A stretch of 64,000 nt of DNA, taken from the IMG/VR virus record IMGVR_UViG_3300023213_000095; one strand, given 5' to 3'. The translations under genes were made by a program, and so were the position numbers. The stretch's first letter is position 1, and every line of letters begins with the position of its first letter. This stretch comes from a virus. Below the pieces are notes generated by a model. It saw only the letters and a program-made list of their open reading frames with translations, did not search any database and was not told the origin of the DNA. Below, one piece after another: positions 17,855-28,491 of this stretch.

Positions 17855-18027
17855 TACTTCTTCTCCACCACTTGCTTGACGACCTTATGGATTTCCTTGA
17901 TGACGGGCTCAGTGATGAACCCATAGTCACGCCGCTTGTGCCGCTTCTCGGCTTCCTTGAGGATGTTGGCCGTCTCGGCCCAACTGCGGGGATTGGGGTC
18001 GCCGAAGCGCCAGGTTTTCTTAGCCAT
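17854..18027 (-). CDS. small basic protein (57 aa)
   Basis: ATG at 18027 gives MAKKTWRFGDPNPRSW ... KQVVEKK. The translation was verified by hand. It is a more plausible product than the Ser/Arg-rich track ORF 17829..18077 in another frame. Confidence 0.35.
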   Translation of the reverse strand: MAKKTWRFGDPNPRSWAETANILKEAEKRHKRRDYGFITEPVIKEIHKVVKQVVEKK

Positions 18028-18517
18028 TGAATTGGGCTCCTGCTTGCTGCAGACCCTGTTGGGCTTTCTTCACCCATCCAATCGGGGTGGGGTCTTCATC
18101 CGAGCCCGGGTGAGTTTGATACTGATAGGGCTGAAAACCGGCTTGGGCCGTTGTTGAAGTCTGGGGCTGGGCAGGCTGCATGGCTTGCTGTGTTTGTTGC
18201 TGGGCCTGGAGACTTGGTGTCTGACCTTGACTGGGTTGAGGATTCACTGAAGCAAGGGCATCAACAGCATTCTGGTTCGTAACATTCCCAAGTCCTTGAA
18301 GATTAGGATTGTAGAGTGGGCTATTTGGCGTCGTGTAGATAGCATTTCTGAGGTTGCCTGCTCCGGATGGCCCCCACCATTTCTTTCCAGGACGATTCTG
18401 ATCTGAATGGGTGCCCAGAACAAAATCACTGAACCCCATCTTCCTGGCGGCATCAATCTCCTGGGGTGTCAGATCAGACTGGTCACCATAAAGATCATTG
18501 ATACTAGCATAGGCCAT
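18020..18517 (-). CDS. Gln-rich virion-associated protein
   Basis: It is 165 aa. Its ATG lies 2 nt after the upstream stop. Confidence 0.45.
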   Translation of the reverse strand: MAYASINDLYGDQSDLTPQEIDAARKMGFSDFVLGTHSDQNRPGKKWWGPSGAGNLRNAIYTTPNSPLYNPNLQGLGNVTNQNAVDALASVNPQPSQGQTPSLQAQQQTQQAMQPAQPQTSTTAQAGFQPYQYQTHPGSDEDPTPIGWVKKAQQGLQQAGAQFNG

Positions 18518-18518
18518 G

Positions 18519-19049
18519 TTAGTAGGTCCTCACCTGAAGCAACCCTGTGAGGGCAGGGTTCTGACGCTGTGTTGGTACTTGACGTCCAGCCGACTGGCTC
18601 CCCACCTGTTGAGGAACCGCTGCTTGGAGGGATTGGAGGGCTCCTTGGAGGGCACCCGCAATGCCTTGGTTGGCCAAGTTGGGATTGGCTGAGGACGTGG
18701 CCGCTGCTGGAGTTTGAGCCGCTGGAGGGGGTGTGGGAGCAGCCGCTGGAGCTTGTCCTCCACCAATGGAATACTGATTCGAGATGTTGAAAGAAGGGGC
18801 TCCTCCACCGGACTGGAAGGAACTCCCAATCCCACCCCCACCACCCATTTCTCCATCATAGCTGTTGGCCATCCCAGTTGTTGGGGTGGGGGCTTTAGGG
18901 AGAGCAGGAACCGTTCCCCCCGGTGTTCCGGGCTTGGTCCACCAGAAGCGGGCGGGGTCAATTTCCCAGAGGGGTTTATCGCCCCAGGTGCGTTGAGCAG
19001 GGGTTCCCTGTCCTGGAGCGTAGGCGCCGAGACCTGCACCATCTGCCAT
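18519..19049 (-). CDS. Gly/Ala/Pro-rich virion-associated protein
   Basis: It is 176 aa and low complexity. The frame choice over the overlapping ORF 18530..19042 is tentative. Confidence 0.4.
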   Translation of the reverse strand: MADGAGLGAYAPGQGTPAQRTWGDKPLWEIDPARFWWTKPGTPGGTVPALPKAPTPTTGMANSYDGEMGGGGGIGSSFQSGGGAPSFNISNQYSIGGGQAPAAAPTPPPAAQTPAAATSSANPNLANQGIAGALQGALQSLQAAVPQQVGSQSAGRQVPTQRQNPALTGLLQVRTY

Positions 19050-19050
19050 G

Positions 19051-20085
19051 TTAATAACTCAGGGATGAGCTGACACTACCCAGCCGACCCAACAAGGCGG
19101 CCAGGATCTGATTACGCGATTGCATCTGGGCTTCCTCCAGACCAATATCCTGTCCTCGACCGGTAAGGGCTGCCTGTTGATTCATACCTGCAACCTGAAG
19201 TCCTTGACGAGCCTGTTCAATAGCCTGATCACGAACCACATCACCCAATCCACCCGTGGCTTGACCGGCAATCTGAGCCATCTCACGCATCAAGGCGGGA
19301 TTGGTGCCCCCCGTGACATTCTGTCCAGTAGAAGCGCCAATATCACCGAGGGTCATAACACCTGCTCGTAGATTTTGTCCCACCCGATCCTTGGCACGGC
19401 CGAAGGCAGCCTCTTGAGCCGCTGTGGTATCAACCATTGGAACTTGGGGAATGTTCCCAAACCCACCCGGACCACCACGACCAAAACCGACAGCCCCCAT
19501 TAGCCCAGGCAATGCTCCTTGAATCATAGCCAACTGGTCATTCATCCCGGTTTCAGCCAGTTGCCGTCGACTATTCGCTTGATTCAGGGAGAGGTCTCCA
19601 AAGTTCCTTGCACCGCTGAGCTGGAGGCCCTGGAGGGCTTGATCTTGGCGGAAGGCTTCCTCATCCAGGGCCTTCTGCTGCTGAACCTGTAGGTTGCTTC
19701 CAAACTGGGCACCCCGTGCGGCGGCAATTTCAGAGGGGTCAGGGATATACATCCCAGGGTAATTAGGGGCACTCGGGGAGGGATAACTAATCCCCCCAAT
19801 AGGTGTGCTAGGACCACCGGGGCCACCTGTGGCAGGACCTCCTGGGCCACCCCAGCCATAGCCGCCTCCACCAGTCCCTGGGCCAGCATAGCCCGTTCCA
19901 CCCATGGGGCGATAGGCTCCGGCCCCACCATAGGCGCCTCCAGCTACGGAGGGATAGGTGCCCCCACCAAAACTGAACCCACCGGGTTGCTGTAGGGCAG
20001 GCGGGTAGGGATTCCCACCTTGGCCCCCATCAATGGTGCGGGGCATCTGGGAATTATATTGATTGGTCTGATAGGGGAACGGCAT
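19051..20085 (-). CDS. Gly-rich virion or ejection protein
   Basis: It is 344 aa with a GGxGG-repeat N-terminal half and an alpha-helical C-terminal half. Confidence 0.5.
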   Translation of the reverse strand: MPFPYQTNQYNSQMPRTIDGGQGGNPYPPALQQPGGFSFGGGTYPSVAGGAYGGAGAYRPMGGTGYAGPGTGGGGYGWGGPGGPATGGPGGPSTPIGGISYPSPSAPNYPGMYIPDPSEIAAARGAQFGSNLQVQQQKALDEEAFRQDQALQGLQLSGARNFGDLSLNQANSRRQLAETGMNDQLAMIQGALPGLMGAVGFGRGGPGGFGNIPQVPMVDTTAAQEAAFGRAKDRVGQNLRAGVMTLGDIGASTGQNVTGGTNPALMREMAQIAGQATGGLGDVVRDQAIEQARQGLQVAGMNQQAALTGRGQDIGLEEAQMQSRNQILAALLGRLGSVSSSLSY

Positions 20086-20088
20086 GAC

Positions 20089-20997
20089 TTAATTCGCCTC
20101 GATATAAAAGGCCGATGTGTCTTGAATCTTGGCTGCGGCGGCAAGAGTCCAGGCACTCAGGAAGAACTGCATCTGGGTGCCTTGAATGGCGGCAGCGGGT
20201 GTGAGGGTTTGGGCGGTGCCCCCATTGACAGAGAAGGTGACAGAGGTGCCTGAGCTGGCCACGACCACCTTCAATAGATAGATCGTGCTAGCAGCTACGG
20301 CTCCCAAACTGGTGGTGGTGAGAGTATTGGCCGCATCACTGGTCACCCCAATCCATCCCGCATCGGGGACAGCTGTGGAGTAGCGGAACATGGCCAGCTT
20401 TTTAGTATAGGTATCACTGTTGGAGGGACTGGCTGCGCCGTCCAACAGGCCAACGTTCAATCGAAGATTGGTGATATCTGAGCCCGTCCGGACATTGATG
20501 ATGAACGTAGGGTTATGGTCCATCCAGCAGGGATTGATGGGGGAGAAGTAGTAATTCTGGTTGTTGAGGACGGCACCAGAAGTCATCCGCATCCATGTTC
20601 CATTAGCATCAATTACAAAGGTCTGGGCTCCGGCACTCACCGTCCAACTGGACCCCGCAATCCCTGAGCCCACAATGGTGCTATTCGTGGCGGGGTCGAT
20701 AAAGCCCACACGGCGAGGCGGAAGGGCAATGCCCCCAGCCGGGAGGGTGGCCCAAATCCCATCACCTCGCCAGAAGGTGCTGGAAGTGGCTCCTGTCCCA
20801 CTATTGAGGTTGCCCACTGGGAGGTTGCCACTGACATCAGTGGCCAGACCTACCGTGAATCCGGTGCCGAGGGACTCGCGGAGGGTTCTCAATTCTTGGC
20901 GGATGGCCTCAAAGGTTTCATAAGTATCAATGTCAGCCGCTGACCGTGTGGGCGGGGAGTGCCACGCCTTATTTGCCCACTTGAAATTGACAGCCAT
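20089..20997 (-). CDS. tail fibre or receptor-binding-like protein
   Basis: It is 302 aa with an N-terminal coiled coil followed by a Thr/Ser/Gly/Asn-rich beta region. Confidence 0.5.
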   Translation of the reverse strand: MAVNFKWANKAWHSPPTRSAADIDTYETFEAIRQELRTLRESLGTGFTVGLATDVSGNLPVGNLNSGTGATSSTFWRGDGIWATLPAGGIALPPRRVGFIDPATNSTIVGSGIAGSSWTVSAGAQTFVIDANGTWMRMTSGAVLNNQNYYFSPINPCWMDHNPTFIINVRTGSDITNLRLNVGLLDGAASPSNSDTYTKKLAMFRYSTAVPDAGWIGVTSDAANTLTTTSLGAVAASTIYLLKVVVASSGTSVTFSVNGGTAQTLTPAAAIQGTQMQFFLSAWTLAAAAKIQDTSAFYIEAN

Positions 20998-22643
20998 CAG
21001 CGGCGTCCAATCTCGTTGTAAGTCACTTCGTAGCCATGCACTTCACAACCTTGGTTGATGGTGTTCTCCTTGAACTCCAACTGGAGGAGTCGGGCAGGCT
21101 GCTTCTGGGTGATGCGAGCCAACCGGTTGCGGGCCACTGAGAGGTCGGGAGTTAATGTTGGCCCAGTGGTCAAGAGGGTCTCATCCCCATAGGTTGGGAT
21201 AACTTGAAGGTTACCCACAGTTCCAGTGGCCTTGTTGATGATGGTGGGCTGCAAAAACACCTTGCTAATGTCAGGGGTGCCACAATCATGCATCTTCCCA
21301 ATCCAATCCATGTTGATGGACGTGCCATTGTCATTGAAGACACCAAACTGGTTGGGCTGGTAGAGGTTTCCATCGGTCGCCCCTACCATCGGGATGGGGA
21401 TGGAGGTGGTAGGATCAATCACTTCCCGAGCATAGGTAGGAGTGAAGGCATCGGTCTTGTGGGGACCGTAGAACTGCCCCTTGGTGATATCATACTCGAC
21501 CCAGCGGTCAATAGCTGTGCTCCCCACTGATGCAAGGTGGAACTCCACCCGGTCATAGACAGGGTTATATTTGGCAAAGGCATTGGGGAAGAGGCTGCGA
21601 TTGAAATAGGTATCGGTGGCAAACCATTTGCGAACATTGGCAATGTCGGAGATACACTCGAACTCCTTGTTGCGCCCCGGCCACGCATAGATCCCATCTT
21701 CGCCCAGCATGTAGGCCACATCACGGATGACAATCGCGGTGTCAGGGGCAAAGCACCCTTTCCCCTCATTAACAATGATGATGGAGAAGTTTGGCGAGCC
21801 ATCCGAGTTGGTGCCTTGGAACTGTACCCGCCAAAGATGACGCCGCCGAGCCACCCCCAAGTATTCCTTGCGGGGAAACAAGCCGGTGATGCCATACTGG
21901 TCGGCACCCACTGGAGCCACCGTGAGGCCATAGGTCGCAGGCCACCCGTAGAGGAGGTTATTTCCTGAGTAGCGGAGGGTATCGATGTCCGTGTCACTGA
22001 CGGTCCAGAGCCGCCCACGCCATGACGTAATCAGGGTCATGTGTGTGTTGGGGATGGTGCCTCCAATAGCGGTACCTAACTCGGTGGGGGCCGCAATGTT
22101 GGACAATAAGGTGTCTGAGAGCAGGTCTGAGACACTCTGGATAGTGTTATCATCGATGTCTACCCACTTGAAGTAAGTGGTGCCCCCCGTTGTGGTGCGG
22201 TAGAGGCGGCGTCCATTCACATTGGGATTCCATGAGGTCTGGACGTTGGCTTGCAGATATTGATTGGTGATGGCCAGCGAATTGGAGACCGCTGAGAAGT
22301 CGCTCTCCATCAACAAGGTGCCTGTGGAAGTATCCTTGACGGTGTAAGTGTATTTGAACTGATAGGTTCCTGTGAGAGTGCCCGCTGCCCCTGCCACGAG
22401 CTGTCCTGCCCCAGGGGATTGAATAGTCAGAGTACGAACGTTGGCATTCGGATCCACCCAGATGGATTGGTTGGGGGCATTGACAATGATGATGTTGCGC
22501 CCGAAGACGGCTGACCTGGCAATCTTGGTCGCGTCAATAGTCACCCCAGATGGCAAAGTAAGTTGGGTGAGCACACCATTCGTGTCAATCTTGTAGAGAT
22601 TCCCTCCACCTACACCGATGTAATAGGCTGTGCCTGCAGGCAT
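20997..22643 (-). CDS. tail structural protein
   Basis: It is 548 aa. The ATG overlaps the stop of the upstream gene. Confidence 0.55.
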   Translation of the reverse strand: MPAGTAYYIGVGGGNLYKIDTNGVLTQLTLPSGVTIDATKIARSAVFGRNIIIVNAPNQSIWVDPNANVRTLTIQSPGAGQLVAGAAGTLTGTYQFKYTYTVKDTSTGTLLMESDFSAVSNSLAITNQYLQANVQTSWNPNVNGRRLYRTTTGGTTYFKWVDIDDNTIQSVSDLLSDTLLSNIAAPTELGTAIGGTIPNTHMTLITSWRGRLWTVSDTDIDTLRYSGNNLLYGWPATYGLTVAPVGADQYGITGLFPRKEYLGVARRRHLWRVQFQGTNSDGSPNFSIIIVNEGKGCFAPDTAIVIRDVAYMLGEDGIYAWPGRNKEFECISDIANVRKWFATDTYFNRSLFPNAFAKYNPVYDRVEFHLASVGSTAIDRWVEYDITKGQFYGPHKTDAFTPTYAREVIDPTTSIPIPMVGATDGNLYQPNQFGVFNDNGTSINMDWIGKMHDCGTPDISKVFLQPTIINKATGTVGNLQVIPTYGDETLLTTGPTLTPDLSVARNRLARITQKQPARLLQLEFKENTINQGCEVHGYEVTYNEIGRR

Positions 22644-24022
22644 TAGAAACTAATCCTGGAGAGCGCCCCGCTCCCATGGTAGTTGGCGTTATCCACAATA
22701 CTCCAAACTCCTGCGGCCGTGCGCTTCAAGGTCTGGGAGAGATAATGGGTGGCCCCGTTTGAATCAAACACCGGCCAATAGAGGTCCCCATTACTGTCAA
22801 AGGTAGGATACCCGCTCACGGTGTAGGTAGCTCCCACATTCACCCCCACATCATATTCCACGACACGGGTAGCACCTGAGCCCCCATCTGTGGTCGAGAC
22901 AATCTTGTAAGTGCCCGCTGCAAACTGTCGCTCAAAGGCATACATTTTGGAGCCATCATTGTTGACAATGAGGGAGACATAACCACTGCCCAAAGCATTC
23001 GAGGCACAGATGAAGGCACCTGCTACGTTGTAGCCTCCCGAAGAGGAGGCTCGCACACGAATCTGCCCGTTACCACCTGCATCGGAGAGCATCCCGAAAT
23101 AGAGGTCGCCCTTGAAGACAGCGGCCCCAACCGTGTAGCCCACAGAAGTGAGGCCTGCACTTCCATTGTCGAGAGTCCAGATGGTGTCACCGGGGCGGGT
23201 ATACCAGACTTTGCTCGATGCCCCACCCGAGAGATTGGCGCTCCCAAAGAACACCCGTCCCTGATAGACGATGGGCACCAATGCAAGGGTTTGACCATTC
23301 CCATTGAGGTCGGTCTGAGGTCCCAAATGGGTGAGCACACCGGTGTTCGTATCAAGGGTCAGCACCCGTGTGCGATTGCTATTGTCGTAGGTGGACACCA
23401 GAAGGGTGTGACTATCATAAGGGACAATGGAGAGAACCGTCAGGGTCTGGTTGGAATTATCAACAGTCGTATAGGGATTTTTGGGCACCTTTGAAAGCAG
23501 GGTGTCATTAGTACCATCCCATGAGCGGAGAGTTGGCTGCCCAGTATTAACGGTGTAGTCGTTGCCCGGAAAGTAGAGCACGTTATTGAGAGGGATACGT
23601 GGGCAGGCCGGGCCGAATTGCTGCTTTGGATTGCCTGCACCCGATGGTGTGCCAAAGGAGTTGTTCCATGTGGCGGGAGCGGTGAAGGGGCTGCTGGATG
23701 CCCAGGTGGCTCCATCTGTAGAGGTGCGCCAATTGCCTGTCGTTGGGTTCCCAAAGTCATCAAGACCAATGTAGAAGGTACGGGCATTCTTGCTAAGGTC
23801 AGGGAGTGGAAGGCCAATCAACCCTCGCACCGGCCCAGCCATGGCCCCTGACTTGGTAAAGAGTGCAATCCCATCCCTCTTGCGGAGTGCTCCCTTAGCT
23901 CCAATGGAGTCAGTGGTGGCGTTCTGGGCCTGGACGAGTTCCCCGTCCTCCAGTTCGATGGGGTCCTTGTCAACAGTGACTCCCTTGAGGCCCACACCGT
24001 AGACGCTGAGGTTTCCGGGCAC
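22643..24022 (-). CDS. tail structural protein
   Basis: It is 459 aa and beta-rich. Confidence 0.55.
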   Translation of the reverse strand: MPGNLSVYGVGLKGVTVDKDPIELEDGELVQAQNATTDSIGAKGALRKRDGIALFTKSGAMAGPVRGLIGLPLPDLSKNARTFYIGLDDFGNPTTGNWRTSTDGATWASSSPFTAPATWNNSFGTPSGAGNPKQQFGPACPRIPLNNVLYFPGNDYTVNTGQPTLRSWDGTNDTLLSKVPKNPYTTVDNSNQTLTVLSIVPYDSHTLLVSTYDNSNRTRVLTLDTNTGVLTHLGPQTDLNGNGQTLALVPIVYQGRVFFGSANLSGGASSKVWYTRPGDTIWTLDNGSAGLTSVGYTVGAAVFKGDLYFGMLSDAGGNGQIRVRASSSGGYNVAGAFICASNALGSGYVSLIVNNDGSKMYAFERQFAAGTYKIVSTTDGGSGATRVVEYDVGVNVGATYTVSGYPTFDSNGDLYWPVFDSNGATHYLSQTLKRTAAGVWSIVDNANYHGSGALSRISF

Positions 24023-24294
24023 TAGTTTACAGATTCCTTGGGACCGAACTCAACCAGGAGTTCCATCAACACGCGACCAACCTCTTTGGCATTAGCTTCA
24101 CGAATCTCAACCGGTTCCCTGTCCCGAGTCTCTTTAAGCACATGTAATAGGAGCGTGAAAATGGCTGATAGAAGGTCAGCATGCGTAGTCTTACCAACCT
24201 CAACGGTCTTATTCATGGCATTGGCCATGGCTGAGACCAGGCGGTCTACAACTTGTACATCAGCTTCATCTACAACATGATCAAGGATGCTCAT
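24022..24294 (-). CDS. hypothetical structural-module protein
   Basis: It is 90 aa and helical. Confidence 0.4.
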   Translation of the reverse strand: MSILDHVVDEADVQVVDRLVSAMANAMNKTVEVGKTTHADLLSAIFTLLLHVLKETRDREPVEIREANAKEVGRVLMELLVEFGPKESVN

Positions 24295-24299
24295 GGCAG

Positions 24300-25052
24300 T
24301 TACCAGTATTGTGAAAACATTGCATCAGCAGTGGGGAGTTCCTGATACTGACGGATACCCAGGGATTGGAGAAGGTGCTGTTTCTCGGTGGCATAAACAG
24401 CCAGCCAGTTGGGGTCGGGGGAACGGTCATCCCGCTCCTTGGCCCGGGCAAATGCGACCGTCCAGGCAATGATGGCATTATCAGCCTCACCTGGGATGGG
24501 AATGATGTCATTCCCGGTGGAGTCAAAGTTTCCAAGGGTGGGCACATAGGCTACAGCAAGGTTCACCTTGCTCGTCACCTGGGGAGCGAAGAAAATATCA
24601 GGGGCACCCACTGGACCACCGGGATTATGGAGGTTGTAGTAGACCACATCATTGGTGGGTTGGATGGGGGCTTGGGTCCGCAGGAAAACAAACGTCTCAT
24701 GCTGGAACGAAAGCGGCCTGAACATCAAGCCATAGTTGGACCCGCCAAACTGGTTGTTTGTGGGCTCAATATTGATAATCTTGTGGATGTCATTAGGTAC
24801 CCCCACCACCATAAAGTTGCTCAGGGGCAGCTCAGATGGGCTGGTGCTCGTATTGGTGCTAGCCGGGAGACTCATGTTCACGGCATCAATCTTGATATAG
24901 TGGTCCTGTTTGAGGTCCACGATATCGCGCCAGAGGTCCCGAGCCCCCAGGAACATCATGTTGAACAGCTCGGAGTCTGTCCAGAAGGTGGCTGTCGTCT
25001 CAATCAGACGCTGCCGCACGAGGGGAAGGACATCAGTGAAGCGTGAGGCCAT
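24300..25052 (-). CDS. hypothetical structural-module protein
   Basis: It is 250 aa. Confidence 0.5.
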   Translation of the reverse strand: MASRFTDVLPLVRQRLIETTATFWTDSELFNMMFLGARDLWRDIVDLKQDHYIKIDAVNMSLPASTNTSTSPSELPLSNFMVVGVPNDIHKIINIEPTNNQFGGSNYGLMFRPLSFQHETFVFLRTQAPIQPTNDVVYYNLHNPGGPVGAPDIFFAPQVTSKVNLAVAYVPTLGNFDSTGNDIIPIPGEADNAIIAWTVAFARAKERDDRSPDPNWLAVYATEKQHLLQSLGIRQYQELPTADAMFSQYW

Positions 25053-25546
25053 TAGCGTCCCTTCTTACGGTCAGGTTGAAGCCACACATCAGAGGTGGAA
25101 GGAAGGTGCTGGGATAGTGTACGGTCAGATTCTGTCTGGAAGGCTTCCAGTTCTTGGGGATTCGGCTGGTAGTTACTAGGCACTTGCTGTCCCGGTTGGA
25201 CGGGATAATCCCATGAACCTGAGCCAATCAATCCACTGACAGCCCGACGATACCAAGGTTGGCTACGCACCTGCTGTGTATGCGTCAGCTCGTGTGCCAA
25301 GACATTATTGATGTCTTCTTGTGATTGACCATAAAGTGCTGTAGGGTTATAGCTGACATTGCCTGTAAAAGGATTGGTTAGGGCCTGGGTTGAACCCCCT
25401 CCAATATTTCGTAGGCCTGCAATGGCATTGCCAAACCAACCCATGGGCTCAATGGAGGTCCCAGCCATGCGCTCAGGATATTCCTGTTGCATCTGCTGCT
25501 TGGCCGTGTTGATTTGCTGCTGGAGTGTGGTGGAGTAGTCAGGCAT
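25052..25546 (-). CDS. HExxH-motif protein, putative zinc metallopeptidase-like
   Basis: The motif VLAHELTHTQQ is present. It is 164 aa. Confidence 0.45.
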   Translation of the reverse strand: MPDYSTTLQQQINTAKQQMQQEYPERMAGTSIEPMGWFGNAIAGLRNIGGGSTQALTNPFTGNVSYNPTALYGQSQEDINNVLAHELTHTQQVRSQPWYRRAVSGLIGSGSWDYPVQPGQQVPSNYQPNPQELEAFQTESDRTLSQHLPSTSDVWLQPDRKKGR

Positions 25547-25548
25547 AA

Positions 25549-26025
25549 CTAGCTCTGAGAGACAAGATAAATCCAGGCATAGGCCCTGAGATAGTCAGTA
25601 GTATTGAGGACGGTTTGGTCAACACCAGAAGTTTGGTCGATTTGCCACTCGATATAATCACCAGCACTAAGGTTTATGAGTGTAGAAGCATTAAGCCCCA
25701 TATTCTGGCCAGCTCCCGGAGAGAATATCACACCTAATCCACCACGACTTGCTGTTGCACCATTAACAAGCGGGCGAAGAATATATTGAGCGACTGAGTT
25801 GGGTGAAGTAATAAATATGCTCACTCCGGAACAATATTTTCCACTAAAACCAGCTGGAATAGTAAACCGTGTGGGGTTGACCAACGTGTTATGCACACCC
25901 CCAAGGTCAAAAGCGTTGGTATCAAAGGTCAGTGCAGTAAAAGAAGAGGTGTGAATAGTCTGGTTTGAGGTGGCATAGGCTGCTGAGTAGACAGGAGAGC
26001 CAGCCGGATTGAAGATAACGCTCAT
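25549..26025 (-). CDS. hypothetical structural-module protein
   Basis: It is 158 aa. Confidence 0.45.
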   Translation of the reverse strand: MSVIFNPAGSPVYSAAYATSNQTIHTSSFTALTFDTNAFDLGGVHNTLVNPTRFTIPAGFSGKYCSGVSIFITSPNSVAQYILRPLVNGATASRGGLGVIFSPGAGQNMGLNASTLINLSAGDYIEWQIDQTSGVDQTVLNTTDYLRAYAWIYLVSQS

Positions 26026-26603
26026 GACTGCTTATAGTAGATGCGACCACTCACCTGCACTGCACCAGATAGGTTTAGAACGAAGGCATTCGCTGTGCTC
26101 GTCACAAACCAAGGTTCATTACTCAGGTCCAATACGAATGAGCCATTCGAAACCATGTTCATGACACCGGTCAGGTCTGTGGCCGCCCCATCCTTGAACT
26201 TCACATTGACTGACCCATTCACCACGAAAAATAGCTGGAATACTCGGATGGTCTGGCCACCCACACCAGTAATCAGGGTATTGTCACCACTGGCCGAGAC
26301 ATTGATACTCGCCGATGAGAGGTTTGCACTTGTTGGACGGTCATATTGGATGGGCCAACCACCACCAACAGCCGTTGCAGTGCCCTGATTGGCTGTGATA
26401 GTGCCACTAACAGGTTGAGTAACTGCACTTCCATCAACCTTGACCGCGTTGGTTGCTGTAACAGTTGCAATATTTACTCCACCCGAGTCAACAATTTCAA
26501 CTGGCCACTTGTTGGCAACAACAGCCGGTGTGCCCTGATTGGCAGTAACCGTGCCACTATCAATTGTGACATGCCCACCACCACTAAGGAGGATATCACC
26601 CAT
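26022..26603 (-). CDS. beta-rich structural protein with an internal tandem repeat
   Basis: One repeat unit is SGTVTANQGTPAVVANKWPVEIVD. The second is SGTITANQGTATAVGGGWPIQYD. Confidence 0.5.
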   Translation of the reverse strand: MGDILLSGGGHVTIDSGTVTANQGTPAVVANKWPVEIVDSGGVNIATVTATNAVKVDGSAVTQPVSGTITANQGTATAVGGGWPIQYDRPTSANLSSASINVSASGDNTLITGVGGQTIRVFQLFFVVNGSVNVKFKDGAATDLTGVMNMVSNGSFVLDLSNEPWFVTSTANAFVLNLSGAVQVSGRIYYKQS

Positions 26604-26914
26604 TATTCTCTAGCCAGGAGATTCACTGTGACGGTTGCTGAGGCTGCCTTCACAAAGATGATGGATGGAGAGGTAATAGGCAGTGTGACGCCCTGTCCTG
26701 GGGTGAGCGGAACAAATTGTCTGTCTTTGGTGCCGACTAGCACGTTGGGGGTGTTGCCAGGGTCGGCCTGCACAAAGACTTCGCGGAAGTTCCTGAAAGC
26801 TGCCAGCTGCCCATCACGGGAACTCCACCAAGTCGCGGTATCGAGGCCAACGGCGGTCGTGGTGACCCCCGTTAGCTGCGCCGTGAAAAGAGTCCCTGAA
26901 GTGAAAGAAGGCAC
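26603..26914 (-). CDS. hypothetical structural-module protein
   Basis: It is 103 aa. Confidence 0.4.
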   Translation of the reverse strand: MPSFTSGTLFTAQLTGVTTTAVGLDTATWWSSRDGQLAAFRNFREVFVQADPGNTPNVLVGTKDRQFVPLTPGQGVTLPITSPSIIFVKAASATVTVNLLARE

Positions 26915-27042
26915 AGGCGAAGCTTCCTAGCTACACGTTGTCGGACTGTAAAATGAGGCTCGGTGATAAGAAAAGAGTCATAGCCGAGCATCGAGCACCT
27001 TGAAGAAGATGAGTGGGAGCCCGGAGGCCCCCACCCAGAGGA

Positions 27043-27813
27043 TTACGCGATGGTGACGCCAGAGGCGTTCGTATTGTAGACGGTCGCTGAGACCAAGCAG
27101 GAGTGGTTAGCCGACGCTCCACCACCTTTGGTGATACGCACCTGGACAGTGAAGGTCTGCTGAGCACCCACGGCTCCCACAATGGAACTGACCTGATAGG
27201 AGAAGGTCAGTGTGGTTGCACCAGCCACCGGAGACGTGGCGGTATTGCTCAGGGCCGCTGCCGTAGCAACCGTTGCGACACCAGCCGTCCGAGCAATGGC
27301 GATATTGCCAATAGCTGTGTTCACGACTTCAAATGCACCAATGGCACCACCGGCACCGATGGCTGCTGTGAAGACCAGCTCCACGGTCGCACCATGCGCC
27401 GCGTTTGGCACAGTCACAGTAAGGGCATCAGTGAAGGTGTTGTCAGCAATTGCCGTGACGTTCTTGACGAGCGTGTTTTCAGAGACGGCTCCGCCTGAGG
27501 CCGCACCCAACTGGAGTGAGCCAGTCACGATGGGGCTGGTAATGGTCGGAGTATTAACGGTTGGAGAAGTAAGTGTGGGGGTGCCGCCTAGGGTATAAGT
27601 CCCGGCAACGGTGCCACCAAGGGTCGGAGCGGTGAGGGTTTTGTTCGTGAGAGTCTGAGTCGAAGTCTGGTCAACCACCACTACGTTCGTCCCATTCTGA
27701 TCATAGGTCAGGAGGTCGGCGTTGTTGGTATCGCAGACGTACTCATTGGCGCTGTCAAATGACTTAAGCGTGTATTTGCTCAGGTCTCGGCGCCACATAT
27801 ACTTAGCAGGCAT
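27043..27813 (-). CDS. Thr/Gly-rich fibre or decoration-like structural protein
   Basis: It is 256 aa. Confidence 0.5.
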   Translation of the reverse strand: MPAKYMWRRDLSKYTLKSFDSANEYVCDTNNADLLTYDQNGTNVVVVDQTSTQTLTNKTLTAPTLGGTVAGTYTLGGTPTLTSPTVNTPTITSPIVTGSLQLGAASGGAVSENTLVKNVTAIADNTFTDALTVTVPNAAHGATVELVFTAAIGAGGAIGAFEVVNTAIGNIAIARTAGVATVATAAALSNTATSPVAGATTLTFSYQVSSIVGAVGAQQTFTVQVRITKGGGASANHSCLVSATVYNTNASGVTIA

Positions 27814-27884
27814 GGTGTGTTTTCCTTTGAAGAAGTAGGTTGGGGGAGATAGACAACCTAAACTCCCCCAGACCTAGGAACGGG

Positions 27885-28376
27885 TTAGTTACCCAGTCCG
27901 CCGCTGATGATGATGAAGCCGTCGAGACGATTGGCTTTCAGGGTTCGAACAGCGCCGGTTGCGGTGGTCGTTTCTGAGACGGTCAAACCGTTGGCGAGCG
28001 TCTTCCCAACCGGATAGAGGAAGAGGGTTTCCTCTTTGGTCGTGGCGTTCCCGAACTTGGTGCTCAGGTCGTCCGTGCCATCCTTGCTGGTCGAGGTCGC
28101 ATTGTCCTTGGCCTGGAACCAGACAGCCGTGGTGCCACGCTGGATGAGGTAGATGGCGAACAGGTTGCCTGCCGCGTTGGCAATCACCAGGTCCGCCGCG
28201 CTTCCATCCGAAGCCGTGGAGGTGCCATCGACGTTGACAATCTGCAGGTCGGGGTTGCCCTTGTTGGTCGAGAGGTGGAGGAAAAACTTCTGGAGGCTGT
28301 AGTAGACCCCAGGATTCCGAGCGAACATGTAGGTCTTCTGCCGAACGCGATTGGCAGCTTCAAGAGTAAGAGCCAT
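27885..28376 (-). CDS. structural-module protein
   Basis: It is 163 aa. Confidence 0.5.
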   Translation of the reverse strand: MALTLEAANRVRQKTYMFARNPGVYYSLQKFFLHLSTNKGNPDLQIVNVDGTSTASDGSAADLVIANAAGNLFAIYLIQRGTTAVWFQAKDNATSTSKDGTDDLSTKFGNATTKEETLFLYPVGKTLANGLTVSETTTATGAVRTLKANRLDGFIIISGGLGN

Positions 28377-28491
28377 GATGGTAAATCTCTCCCCATCCGC
28401 TGGGGAAGGCGCCTACGAGTTTAGTCCCACCGTAGGATGAGCCCCACCACTACTTTGGAGGCCGGTGGTGGGATTAGCCTGGCCTGGGTAA

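Noticed and set aside
24366-25046. 226-aa plus-strand ORF
   Set aside because: It is antisense to the 24300..25052 structural gene in a uniformly minus-strand operon, so it is a shadow ORF.
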